A DNA stretch of 53,667 nucleotides from Trichocoleus sp. GTDB taxonomy: Bacteria; Cyanobacteriota; Cyanobacteriia; Phormidesmidales; Phormidesmidaceae. A program made the translations under genes and the position numbers. The notes beneath the pieces were generated by a model. It did no database searches. It was not told the DNA's origin and worked only from the letters and a program-made list of their open reading frames with translations. This document shows, in pieces, positions 43,961 through 53,041 of the stretch (position 1 is its first letter; each line of letters begins with the position of its first letter). Location of the stretch: NCBI GenBank assembly GCA_036702895.1, contig DATNQE010000603.1, positions 1 through 53,667 of the forward strand, read 5' to 3'.

Positions 43961-44638
43961 TTAGGGCTCAAGCCGCTTGCGTAGGTCTTTGCGGGCCTGC
44001 ATTCTGCCCTCAAGTGCGGCTATCTGCAGGGCCATTTCCCGCTCATAAGCACGCTCTCTGGCCAGCTCAATCTCGGCCTCATCAACCTCATCGGATCCAA
44101 AATCGTCAGCCTCCAGCTCGGCAACGAGCGCTTCAAGTTTGTTTTGAGCACTCAGGACAATCGCCCCACGCTGCTGCTCAAGCCTCTCTTTGCGGGCCTT
44201 ATGGCTATCTGCGACGGATTCCTTAGGGGCAGCGGTGACTGACTGGGGCAGCGCTCCCACCACCTCTGCAAGCTTGTGAATCCAGGCAGCACCAGTGATC
44301 TGCTCTGCCCGCTGAAAATACGCCTGCATAAGCGCTTTTCCTAACTCAGTGAACTTTTCATCGACTCTCATCACATCGGCTGAAACAGCCTGCGTGAGCG
44401 CCTTATGGGCTTTTCTTACGGCGGTATCGCTGTTGCTAAAGGTGCGAGCAAGCTCACGCGCAGAGTAGACACCGCGCTGCTTATCGCAGATTGAAAACAG
44501 CTCTGCAACCCCTGCCCAGTAGCCAGCAGGTTCGACTGGGTTGGCAGAAGGTTCGGGTGTGGGTTGCGCTTGGTTCGCCTCGGGTTCGGGTGTGATAGGC
44601 ATATCGGTTTGCGGCTCGGTTGTGTCGTTGGCTAACAT
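43961..44638 (-). CDS. HTH plus coiled-coil protein
   Basis: YSARELARTFSNSDTAVRK HTH-like; helical C-terminus; start uncertain. Confidence 0.55.
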   Translation of the reverse strand: MLANDTTEPQTDMPITPEPEANQAQPTPEPSANPVEPAGYWAGVAELFSICDKQRGVYSARELARTFSNSDTAVRKAHKALTQAVSADVMRVDEKFTELGKALMQAYFQRAEQITGAAWIHKLAEVVGALPQSVTAAPKESVADSHKARKERLEQQRGAIVLSAQNKLEALVAELEADDFGSDEVDEAEIELARERAYEREMALQIAALEGRMQARKDLRKRLEP

Positions 44639-44860
44639 TCTCTGCTTCCTTCGCTTGGCAATATTTTTGGCGCGGTTCATAGCCGGTTTGCATGATGGGG
44701 CGTTTCGGTTCGCAAACCAAGTTCGCACATACCCAGAATATGTGATACCGGTGTGGTATCTGTCAAGTATCGGTACCACATCCGTCACAAACTGATAACG
44801 TACCCGTACTACATGGGTGTGGGATTGCGTAGGATTGGGGCAGTCAACCCTGGAAAAGCA

Positions 44861-45163
44861 ATGCCGGATGAAGAAGCCCCTAACAGAGACTGTGACTGGA
44901 GTAAGGTCACTCTGCCCAAGCCCTCTCGGACTCAGGCCAGGCCGCCAGTTGGAGAGCTATCTGATCTGGATTGGGCAAAGCTCTTTGTCGCCTCCAAGCT
45001 GATTCACAAGTCAGTTGCCTCGGTGCTGCAAACCGCCGTAGTGACCTACCTCAATCGCAACTGGGGCAATCATTTGGAGCGCCTGCACATCATTGCAAAC
45101 CGGGAAAAAATCAGCATTGAAGAGGCTTTTGAGAAGATCGCTAAGGGAGAACTGGAGCCATGA
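44861..45163 (+). CDS. Small DNA-binding-like protein
   Basis: Divergent from the ATPase operon; KSVASVLQTAVVTYL is RHH-like. Confidence 0.55.
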   Translation: MPDEEAPNRDCDWSKVTLPKPSRTQARPPVGELSDLDWAKLFVASKLIHKSVASVLQTAVVTYLNRNWGNHLERLHIIANREKISIEEAFEKIAKGELEP

Positions 45164-45612
45164 CCCAGGTTTGTGTTTGCGATCGCTGTCAGGCCCCTGT
45201 TTCCGAGAGGCATATGACGCTGACCGGCTGGTGGCACCGAGTTGAAATTATTCCTAAGCTGAGGCGGCAAAATCGTCGGGATGAAGACGTTGAGAGGCAT
45301 TACTGTGAGGCCTGCAGCGGCGTGCTGGCCTTAATCCTGCCGCTTAACCGGGAAGTGCCTGAGGCTGTCCGAGAGCAACGGCTACGAGCAGAGAATCCCA
45401 ACCTGGTTGGTCTGAAGTTGAGGCGTAAGGTTGCACCCGGCGACTTGCAGGATGTGGGCTGTGATCGCTGTGGCAAGTCCTGCCCAGAGCAGTTTGCAAG
45501 ACTTGAGAGCACTTGGCTGATCCAGACCCAGGAACGGTTAACCGCTGAGCTCTGCCCTAATTGCTTACCTTTGCTAGAGGCGGAGCTCATGAAGGATAGC
45601 CGTGTTGCATGA
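45160..45612 (+). CDS. Tandem zinc-ribbon protein
   Basis: CDRC..CEAC and CDRC..CPNC. Confidence 0.65.
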   Translation: MTQVCVCDRCQAPVSERHMTLTGWWHRVEIIPKLRRQNRRDEDVERHYCEACSGVLALILPLNREVPEAVREQRLRAENPNLVGLKLRRKVAPGDLQDVGCDRCGKSCPEQFARLESTWLIQTQERLTAELCPNCLPLLEAELMKDSRVA

Positions 45613-45830
45613 CCACACCAAATGAGACCACCTACAACGGCGATCGCATCCCCGAGGTGCAGCAGCAGCTCACCCCAGAGCAGCAGTTGCAACTGCTCGA
45701 CACGCACCCCCTTTTCACGGGTCGCTGCCCAAACTGCGAGATGACCCTGTTGGAGCCGCAGCTCTCTAGCGGGCGGTGGGAGTGCAGCTGTGGGTGGAGC
45801 TGGGCAGATTCCGATGCATCGGAAAAATGA
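45609..45830 (+). CDS. Small zinc-ribbon protein
   Basis: CPNC..WECSCGW; ATGA overlap. Confidence 0.6.
   Translation: MTTPNETTYNGDRIPEVQQQLTPEQQLQLLDTHPLFTGRCPNCEMTLLEPQLSSGRWECSCGWSWADSDASEK
45809..45824. repeat. 16-bp palindrome TTCCGATGCATCGGAA, copy 5
   Basis: Exact copy, at the end of the small zinc-ribbon gene. Confidence 0.9.
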
Positions 45831-45893
45831 AAGTCCTCAGCAGTATCAACAGAGGTAGTAAATAGCTCTAGAGGCAATCCTGGTTTAAAGGAT

Positions 45894-46457
45894 TTAGATT
45901 CGTGGATTTCTTTTTGGCCTACTAGCCAGGAAAACAAAATAGATGTTAGTCGTATTGCGTATATTTAGAGCAAAAATTTGCATCAACAAGAAACAGTCAA
46001 AGGCGTAGAAAAGCCGCCAAGTTGACGCTCTTACTGATGAATTCAAAGACGAAGTTAGCAAATATGCAAAATTAGAAAGGATTCCAAAAATCTCTAAAAT
46101 CAATAGGAATGTAAAAGTGATTATTGTCAACTGATAAGCACTTATCGGCACCCCAGAAATTATTCTATTTTCAGCTATAAAGTTTTGAAGTCTGGTTATA
46201 TTTTCACTGCTACTTGTAATCAAAAGAGTCATTGAAGCGGTTGAGAAGCCAAAGAGTACGCCAAGCACTGTCAGAACTTGACCAACAAACTCACTGGCTT
46301 CATTAGTGTATGCACTTGGACGCAAAACTGCGAAATAAGCTAAGCACGCCACAAAAGCGGGAAAAAGCCAGTCAAAGCAAAGTTCTTTGAGATTGAGAGT
46401 GACCAAATAATCTCTAAGCGGTATTAGGAATTCTAAATAAAGCCATCTCCCTGGCAT
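45894..46457 (-). CDS. Four-TM membrane protein (AT-rich moron)
   Basis: Four hydrophobic helices; low GC; coupled to the upstream gene. Confidence 0.75.
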   Translation of the reverse strand: MPGRWLYLEFLIPLRDYLVTLNLKELCFDWLFPAFVACLAYFAVLRPSAYTNEASEFVGQVLTVLGVLFGFSTASMTLLITSSSENITRLQNFIAENRIISGVPISAYQLTIITFTFLLILEIFGILSNFAYLLTSSLNSSVRASTWRLFYAFDCFLLMQIFALNIRNTTNIYFVFLASRPKRNPRI

Positions 46458-46466
46458 TTTATCCCT

Positions 46467-47357
46467 CTAAAAGTCTTCCGGTAGGGCTGCTATCATACTG
46501 CCAAGCTCTCTCAGTATTTCATGAGTTCTAATCTCCCCAGTTAACACATTGGCTTCAAAGTTCAAAAACTCAAACATTTGAATCAGCTTGGTGTCCAAGG
46601 TTACCATTCTATCTTCTTCGCTAAGGCCTTGCACTCGTATTCTTCTTATTTTTTCATTGTCAGAAACATATCCCTGAAAAAGGTCTTCTACAAGCGTTTC
46701 TATAGACCGGCCTTTCTCCGCTGGAATTAAAACTCGAATATCACGTCGAACATTTTGCAATCTGTTTGAAAAATTAAGATAATCGCTCCCTAGCCATTGC
46801 TTGGAAATAAATACACTCCCTACAGTAACTCGCTTGAGCTTTCGTAATTCCTCGAGAAAATTCTTTTTGGGAATCACGCTGGACTCAAGATTGTAATTTC
46901 TCTCTTTGCCCTGCGCCTTAAACATTGCATCTGCATAATTAATCAAATATCTTTCAATTCGATCAATGGTTACACCAGGCCTTGTTTCCTCTAAAAGGAC
47001 AATAGCCTCATCATCAAAATATCGAATAACCGCATGAGTCCTACCTCTCTCCCCTTCCTGTAAGCCTCTTGGGTTATCACGTTCCTCTAGCGTTTCTCGG
47101 TTTAGAAGCGGAGGAATCTGCCCATGGCTAGCGAACTTAAAAACAAGAGTCTGCGCATCCGGCTGGTCTGGCACACTGCCCACATCACTTAAAAAATAGA
47201 ACTTGTTATCTCCCAGTTCTCGTCGCCTATCAATTTTTGCCAATCCTTCAATGTATTGAAGAACATCCCTTAAGCATGACGGGTTTAAAGTCACCAGCTT
47301 GTTCGATCTTTTCAATACGCTTAACGAATAAAAGACTATCTTTCTGGTGACTACCAT
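46467..47357 (-). CDS. Soluble protein of a two-gene AT-rich cassette (putative defence/exclusion)
   Basis: 296-aa ORF, low GC, directly downstream of the repressor. Confidence 0.7.
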   Translation of the reverse strand: MVVTRKIVFYSLSVLKRSNKLVTLNPSCLRDVLQYIEGLAKIDRRRELGDNKFYFLSDVGSVPDQPDAQTLVFKFASHGQIPPLLNRETLEERDNPRGLQEGERGRTHAVIRYFDDEAIVLLEETRPGVTIDRIERYLINYADAMFKAQGKERNYNLESSVIPKKNFLEELRKLKRVTVGSVFISKQWLGSDYLNFSNRLQNVRRDIRVLIPAEKGRSIETLVEDLFQGYVSDNEKIRRIRVQGLSEEDRMVTLDTKLIQMFEFLNFEANVLTGEIRTHEILRELGSMIAALPEDF

Positions 47358-47431
47358 AATTTCAATTCAGCAGAAGTAAAGTTTCATTCCGGCAGAGCTA
47401 ACTGATAGCTCTGCCCCCTCCCCAAGTCCGA

Positions 47432-47827
47432 TTAGTGCTCGTAATGGACTCCGTTCTCGGCCATAACCTCAGATCCAGCAGCCAAGAGATCGATAATCAT
47501 CTTGGCTAGCCGTGCTGCTTCATTGGCAGGAAGACTAGACACTATTGGCCAAACATCCTCAGCAACTAGGTACTCCCTAATCTCAGGTCGTTCACGCTCC
47601 TGCCCAATAGCTTTAAGCTCTTCAAAACTGTAAGGAGTTAGCGGCGCAAGGCTTTGAAGGGTTGAGTCTTCAGGGGTCTTAACCTCCAGCTTTTCAAGCC
47701 TACGAATAGTGGCGTGACTAACTCCAGTCAGCGCCTCTAAGTCGCGGTAGCTCCTGCCACCCCTCGACCGCTTAACTATTTCAGCGAGTCTGAGCAGCCC
47801 CTGCTCTGTGTAGAGAGACTTGTTCAT
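47432..47827 (-). CDS. Prophage repressor (XRE HTH)
   Basis: RGGRSYRDLEALTGVSHATIRRLE..P..STL..LA; divergent from the early operon. Confidence 0.8.
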   Translation of the reverse strand: MNKSLYTEQGLLRLAEIVKRSRGGRSYRDLEALTGVSHATIRRLEKLEVKTPEDSTLQSLAPLTPYSFEELKAIGQERERPEIREYLVAEDVWPIVSSLPANEAARLAKMIIDLLAAGSEVMAENGVHYEH

Positions 47828-47844
47828 CTGCCCAGATTGAAGCG

Positions 47845-47946
47845 TGTAACACCATTGAGGCATGAGATTCTGTAACGCATCAATAGGTTATTGACACGCG
47901 CTCGTTACAGCCTTACCCTTGGATCGCAGGCGTTCCGTTTGTAACA
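47845..47946. promoter_or_regulatory. Immunity switch: operators and sigma70-type early promoter
   Basis: TGTAAC at 47845, 47871, 47940 and GTTACA at 47904; CTGTAACG/CGTTACAG inverted pair around TTGACA (47891)-17 nt-TACCCT (47914). Confidence 0.65.
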
Positions 47947-47947
47947 A

Positions 47948-48199
47948 GTGCGTACCAAAAACAAGAACACATCGTTTTCGACCGACCAAGAGACTTTTGC
48001 TCTTGCCAAGGTCGTCGCGGCGCTAGAAGGAAAAAGCCTAAGTGAGCTAATTCACGAGGCTCTTTGCAAAGAACTCAAGATGCTTACTCCCAAGCACGAG
48101 CACAATCCAGCCGTGGGGCAGCTTGCGGAGCAATGGAGAAGGCCAAGAGCTGACAAGGGATTAAGCCAGTCATCGGCCCAACAACTCCTCAGCGCATGA
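47948..48199 (+). CDS. Cro-position ribbon-helix-helix protein
   Basis: TSFSTD..AKVVAALEGKSLSELIHEAL. Confidence 0.65.
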   Translation: MRTKNKNTSFSTDQETFALAKVVAALEGKSLSELIHEALCKELKMLTPKHEHNPAVGQLAEQWRRPRADKGLSQSSAQQLLSA

Positions 48200-48547
48200 G
48201 GGGGCAGCACTGGCGGAGCAACCCGACTCTACAACAGTCGGCAGCACTGCTCTGCAAAGTCTTGATGAAGCCCTCGAGCAAAAAGCCCCAGCGGGTGCAA
48301 CCGCTAGGGCCAGTGGAAAAGAAAGTTTCTGAACCAATCAAGGTCATCTGTGTGACAGCACAGTATGCCCCGCTATCAATGCACCTTCACAGGCAAGCCC
48401 ATCCGCACATTGATGAACTCTTCTGCACAAGATGAACGTAACACAAAGAGATACACGGCTTAGGGCCGAAATTCCTGAACATTCAGGCTTTACAGAACTT
48501 CTGCTTGATGGGTCAGGCTGCTTAACCAAGACTCAGGAGGTCGCAGC

Positions 48548-49171
48548 ATGACGCCTGGAACCTTCAGAGAACTGCCCATCTCACTGCCGCCGATGCTGCT
48601 TCAGATGGCGCGAGTGACCGGCGAGGGCCGGTTTATTAGCCTCTACTATTGGGGCAGCAAAGCCACCTGGGATAGTGGGCGCGGCGCTGCCACCTTCAGC
48701 TTTTACGGCGTTTGGAGCCCGCTCATTGAGCACCTGGCCCTGGCTTGCCACCTGTGGGATTGCCACCTGGGCAGTGACGATGCCTACCCGACCCACGCCC
48801 TGATCGCAGATCGGCAGGAGCAGAAGCTCTACGTGGCCGACTGGGACGAGGCGCAGCGGTTTGTAGAGGATCAGCACCCACCACTGCCTGAGCTGACCGC
48901 AGAGCAGGAGGCTGAGGCCCTGGCCTCGCTGGTGCAGGTGCCCATTGGCTCAAACGGTAGGCCCCAGTTTGAGGAGCTTCAGCGGTTAGGGCTGTTCGAG
49001 GTGCTAATGCCGCTCAGTCCCCTACTACAGCAGGAATCAGCCGAGCTAACTGCCTGGCTCGATCAGTTTGTGGCTGACGAGCTGCTCGAGCACTACCGGG
49101 CACTGGCCAGGCAAGGCCACAGCAGAGCGGGCTGGTATCTACAGCTGCATGCACAGAGGGCTAGGGCATGA
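48548..49171 (+). CDS. Hypothetical protein
   Basis: AGGAGG RBS; early operon. Confidence 0.7.
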   Translation: MTPGTFRELPISLPPMLLQMARVTGEGRFISLYYWGSKATWDSGRGAATFSFYGVWSPLIEHLALACHLWDCHLGSDDAYPTHALIADRQEQKLYVADWDEAQRFVEDQHPPLPELTAEQEAEALASLVQVPIGSNGRPQFEELQRLGLFEVLMPLSPLLQQESAELTAWLDQFVADELLEHYRALARQGHSRAGWYLQLHAQRARA

Positions 49172-49530
49172 CGCAGGCCCCAGCCAACCTCCCCCGTGAG
49201 CACTTACTAGAGCTGTGGTGGCTGCTGGAGCCAGAGCGCTGCCGCAGCATCCAGGGCAATTTGCGAGTGCTCGTTAGCAGCCGCTGGTTTGTGCTCGATA
49301 CGCACCCAGAAGTGCTGCAGCTGGCAGTGGAGCAGGCTGTAGTAGAGCGCGGTTGGCGGCTGCTCCACTACTACGACAAAGGCAGGGCTCACCGCTGGAT
49401 TGTCGAGTTTCCCTGTGGTAGTGGTTACCAGGTTTTTTTGACCGAGGGCGATCAGCCCGACGCCACGCTGCTGCAAGCCTACCTGGCAGCCGTAGAGGCA
49501 TTTCAAAAGTTTCAGAGTTCACTGAGTTGA
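49168..49530 (+). CDS. Hypothetical protein
   Basis: ATGA overlap; operon context. Confidence 0.6.
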   Translation: MTQAPANLPREHLLELWWLLEPERCRSIQGNLRVLVSSRWFVLDTHPEVLQLAVEQAVVERGWRLLHYYDKGRAHRWIVEFPCGSGYQVFLTEGDQPDATLLQAYLAAVEAFQKFQSSLS

Positions 49531-49585
49531 TGATGCGCCCCTGCTTTCCTGTGGGGGCTTTTTCCTTGTCCGTGGAGCACGATGA

Positions 49586-52500
49586 ATGGTCACAACACAC
49601 GACCAACCGACTAAGTTTGAGGCCAATCGGCAGAACCCTTGCCCACTTTGCGATCGCGATCACTACTGCTACCTGATATCTGGGCCTCGCGGGCTAATCG
49701 ATCAGGTGGTTTGCCAGTGGACCGAGGAGGCACCGGAGGGGTGGGACCGCACCAACACTGCCAAGGATGGCCGAGGCGTCTTTACCCGGCGAGGGGCGAA
49801 GCGGGGCCGTAAGCATTTCCCCGCGCACTTCGAGCTAAAGCTGGCCGAGAAAACCGACTTTCCTGAGTGGGCAGAGGTCGATCTGCCCCTGTCTTCCATC
49901 AGCAAGGGCGCAGCGGTGCTGCTCAAGCCTGAGCTGGGTGGCATGGCGAACTACATCTACGAAGTCACCGCCATCGATCGCAACCACAGAGCGGGGCACT
50001 TCACCTACACTCTGGTGCGGCAGGACACCGGCCTGGGCACCACCATCGTCAAAGAGGCCGACCTCTTAGGGGTAGCCACCCACGACCCGCAGACCGGGGC
50101 CAGGGAGCGGCAGATTGAGTACCTTTACCCCGACCCATTCACCCAGCAGCCCCTGGGCAAAGTGGTTCGGCGGCAGTGGGACGACCGGCGGCGAGTTTAT
50201 GACGGTGGCAAAACTAAGCACGTTCGGCCCTGGCATTGGCTCACCGATGGCCAGTGCTGGAGCGACAGGGGCAAGGGTGAGAAGCAGTGGCCGCTCTACC
50301 GCGAGAACGAAGCCAAAGAGGCCATCCTCAAGGGTGAGCCGGTCTTTGTAGTCGGAGGGGAGCAGGCTGTTGAGTGCTACCGGAGCCTCGGCCTGACGGC
50401 CACCAGCTGCCAGGGCGGTGAGTCGAACTACCGCCAAGTCGTGGACCGGCTCAGGGACTCGTTTGAGGTGGCTAAAGCTGAGAAGCTACAGCCCTTTTTG
50501 GCCGTTCACCCCGATAACGACATCACCGGTGAGGCCCGCTTTGGCGTGGACCTGCTGGAGTACGCCAGCAAGCTCAAGGTGCCAGCGGTGTGCATTGAGC
50601 CGCTGGAGCTGTGGCAGGCCATGCCGCCAGGCGGTGACATCAAAGACTGGCTGGATTCGGGCATTGAGCGCGAGCTGATGCTCAAAACGCTAGAAGCCGC
50701 AGTAGATAACGCTATCGACCGGCAAGAGGATGAGCTGCGGGCGGCCAAACAGCGCGATCGCTGGGAGGCCCCCGATGTGCTGGAGGGTGAGCTGGGCTAC
50801 TGGCGGCAGGCCGATGAGCGAGGCCGCTATTTCTACCCCAAAACTGACTTCGACTTTCAGATTGAGCGCGAGCTGCTCAGTGCCGACGGCGGCGGCCTGC
50901 TGCTCCAGGTGAAGCGGGCCGATGAGCGCTGCCAGCGCCGAGTGTTTCTCAAATCGACCGACTACAGCGCTGTGCAGCAGTTCAAAACGGCGCTCAAGAA
51001 GGCTCTGGGGGTAGGCATCATCTGCCGCCTCTCTAACAACGAGCTAGAGGCCCTGATTCGTGCCCGGCTGCATGAGTACCGCATCACCCGCCAGGGCAAA
51101 GCTTACCGGCTCACCGACCGGGTGGGGCAACAGGAGGACGGCAGCTGGGTCTTTAAGCAATGCCAATTTGACAAGCGCGGCGAGCCGACCGACGAGGCCC
51201 GCTCGCTGTGGGTCTGGAACGACAAACTCTACGGAGATGACTGCTCGATGCCCTCGCCTGCGATCGCACCCCACAACCCAAACCTCCTGCCCCGCATGGT
51301 CGAAACCATGCAGCGGGCTTTTGGCCCAGATAACATCTACCCGGCGCTGCTGACGCTGGGCTATGGCGCGGCTGCAGTCCACTACCAGGAGATCATCGCC
51401 AAAGAGGGCAGCTTTCCAATCCTCAACCTCTACGGTGACCCAGGCAGCGGCAAAACCTCTGCAGCAGAATGCGCTCTCAGCATGATGGGCATGACCGAAG
51501 AGGGCATTATGCGCGACATCTCGCTCTCTGCGGCTTACGAGAAGCTGAAACTGGCCGGGAGCCTACTGCACTGCCTAGATGACCCCAAACGAACCCCCGA
51601 GCTAGATGAGTTCCTGAAAGGCTTTTACAACGGCAAATCGAGGATCGTTCGGGGCAAAGAGCAGGGCTTCAACATCCAGCGGCCCCACAGCCCCATGATG
51701 GTGACCACTAACCACGCCTGCGGCGAGACCTCAGCAGCTACCCAGAGCCGCCTGATACGGCTCTGGTTCAACAAATCGAGCCGAGGGGAGGTCACTGCGT
51801 TTAAGGAGCTGCTGGTGCTCCAAAAGACAGCCTCTGGCTGCTTAATCGACCTCATCAAGATGGGCTACGACGCTGAGGCCATCTATGCGCTGGAGCTGGA
51901 GCTGCTGCCTCACCTGCCCTATGCCCACGCCCGGATCGCCAAATCCCTGGCCCTGCTGCTGCACTACGCCCAGAAGGTGGCCGCCCTGGCCGGTATCTCC
52001 GATGAGGGCCTGAGGTCTTACGTCATCAACGTACTCTGCCGCAGCGCTAACGACCCCGACGAGTCGGGCGACAGTCTGCGCGATTTCTTCGAGAAGCTCT
52101 GGGTTTTGCAATCGCAGGCAAAAGTAGGCGACTGGAACATGCGCCTGGTGGCTCACCGCAACTCCGAGCAAGTCAAACTGGCCCTCTACCTGCCAGGGAT
52201 TTGGACGGTGCTCGATAAGGAGTACGACCTGGCCTACAACCGCAAGGTGATAGAGCGGCTGCTCGAAGGGGTTGGTGGGGTGAACTCGAAGCAGAGGTTC
52301 CATTCCAGCGAGGACCTCTCGAAGGCATTTGAGAGGGGCCAGGCCGCCGAACTCAAGTGGCAGGTGAGGCGCTGCATTGAAATTCCTCATGAGGCGATTA
52401 AAAAATACAGCGATATGAGCATGTCAACTGAGTCAACAGAAGATTTTGAAACGGCTGAAACCGTTACAGGCCAAGAGGTTGCTCTGTTGACATCGGAATG

Positions 52501-53041
52501 TCAACAGGATGTCAACAGCCGTCAACTGAACTTTGGAGCTCAAGATCTCGGCCCTTCGGTTGACGGCTCTATAACGACAACTGAGTTTTCTGTTGACAAA
52601 AAAATGTCAACAGGCCAAACGCTTGCTGCACAAAGCTTAGAACCTTCTCTAGCAGGGTCTGTTGACACAGTTGACACAAAAAATACAGGGCACTTTTCAG
52701 GCCTGCCACCCACCCCACCGCTTGCAGTTGCCGTCGGCGCGGCTGAGCCGCCACCGGAACCGGGAGATCGGGTGCTCATCGATGCCGCCGCTAGCTGGAT
52801 TCGCGCCGGAAGCGACCCGCTAACCCCCAGAGGCGTGCCGGAAAGCTACCGGGACGTCGAGCAAATCCCCCTCTCAGCCCTGCCCATCTGGCTGAGCAAC
52901 GAACTCACTGACCTGAGCCAGGTGATCAGCCTCTCAGCCGACGGCCAGCGGGCCAAAGTCCGAAACCAGAAGACAAGCCGCATCAGCGTTTTTGAACTCC
53001 AGTTCGTTCACGTTCTGCAGAAGGCGGGAGGCCCCAAATGA
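49586..53041 (+). CDS. P4 alpha-like primase-helicase (Zn finger, TOPRIM, DUF927-like region, helicase)
   Basis: CPLC..DHYC; FVVGGE..PDNDITG..GGDIKDW TOPRIM; GDPGSGKT Walker A and LDD Walker B. Confidence 0.85.
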   Translation: MVTTHDQPTKFEANRQNPCPLCDRDHYCYLISGPRGLIDQVVCQWTEEAPEGWDRTNTAKDGRGVFTRRGAKRGRKHFPAHFELKLAEKTDFPEWAEVDLPLSSISKGAAVLLKPELGGMANYIYEVTAIDRNHRAGHFTYTLVRQDTGLGTTIVKEADLLGVATHDPQTGARERQIEYLYPDPFTQQPLGKVVRRQWDDRRRVYDGGKTKHVRPWHWLTDGQCWSDRGKGEKQWPLYRENEAKEAILKGEPVFVVGGEQAVECYRSLGLTATSCQGGESNYRQVVDRLRDSFEVAKAEKLQPFLAVHPDNDITGEARFGVDLLEYASKLKVPAVCIEPLELWQAMPPGGDIKDWLDSGIERELMLKTLEAAVDNAIDRQEDELRAAKQRDRWEAPDVLEGELGYWRQADERGRYFYPKTDFDFQIERELLSADGGGLLLQVKRADERCQRRVFLKSTDYSAVQQFKTALKKALGVGIICRLSNNELEALIRARLHEYRITRQGKAYRLTDRVGQQEDGSWVFKQCQFDKRGEPTDEARSLWVWNDKLYGDDCSMPSPAIAPHNPNLLPRMVETMQRAFGPDNIYPALLTLGYGAAAVHYQEIIAKEGSFPILNLYGDPGSGKTSAAECALSMMGMTEEGIMRDISLSAAYEKLKLAGSLLHCLDDPKRTPELDEFLKGFYNGKSRIVRGKEQGFNIQRPHSPMMVTTNHACGETSAATQSRLIRLWFNKSSRGEVTAFKELLVLQKTASGCLIDLIKMGYDAEAIYALELELLPHLPYAHARIAKSLALLLHYAQKVAALAGISDEGLRSYVINVLCRSANDPDESGDSLRDFFEKLWVLQSQAKVGDWNMRLVAHRNSEQVKLALYLPGIWTVLDKEYDLAYNRKVIERLLEGVGGVNSKQRFHSSEDLSKAFERGQAAELKWQVRRCIEIPHEAIKKYSDMSMSTESTEDFETAETVTGQEVALLTSECQQDVNSRQLNFGAQDLGPSVDGSITTTEFSVDKKMSTGQTLAAQSLEPSLAGSVDTVDTKNTGHFSGLPPTPPLAVAVGAAEPPPEPGDRVLIDAAASWIRAGSDPLTPRGVPESYRDVEQIPLSALPIWLSNELTDLSQVISLSADGQRAKVRNQKTSRISVFELQFVHVLQKAGGPK
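52423..52675. repeat. GTCAAC/GTTGAC cluster (11 copies), putative replication origin
   Basis: Copies at 52423, 52432, 52486, 52500, 52511, 52521, 52559, 52592, 52606, 52661, 52670 in both orientations in an AT-richer patch of the primase gene. Confidence 0.75.

Noticed and set aside
48196-48435. 79-aa ORF after the Cro-position gene
   Set aside because: ATGA overlap is suggestive, but there is no motif support and the region may be regulatory; left uncalled
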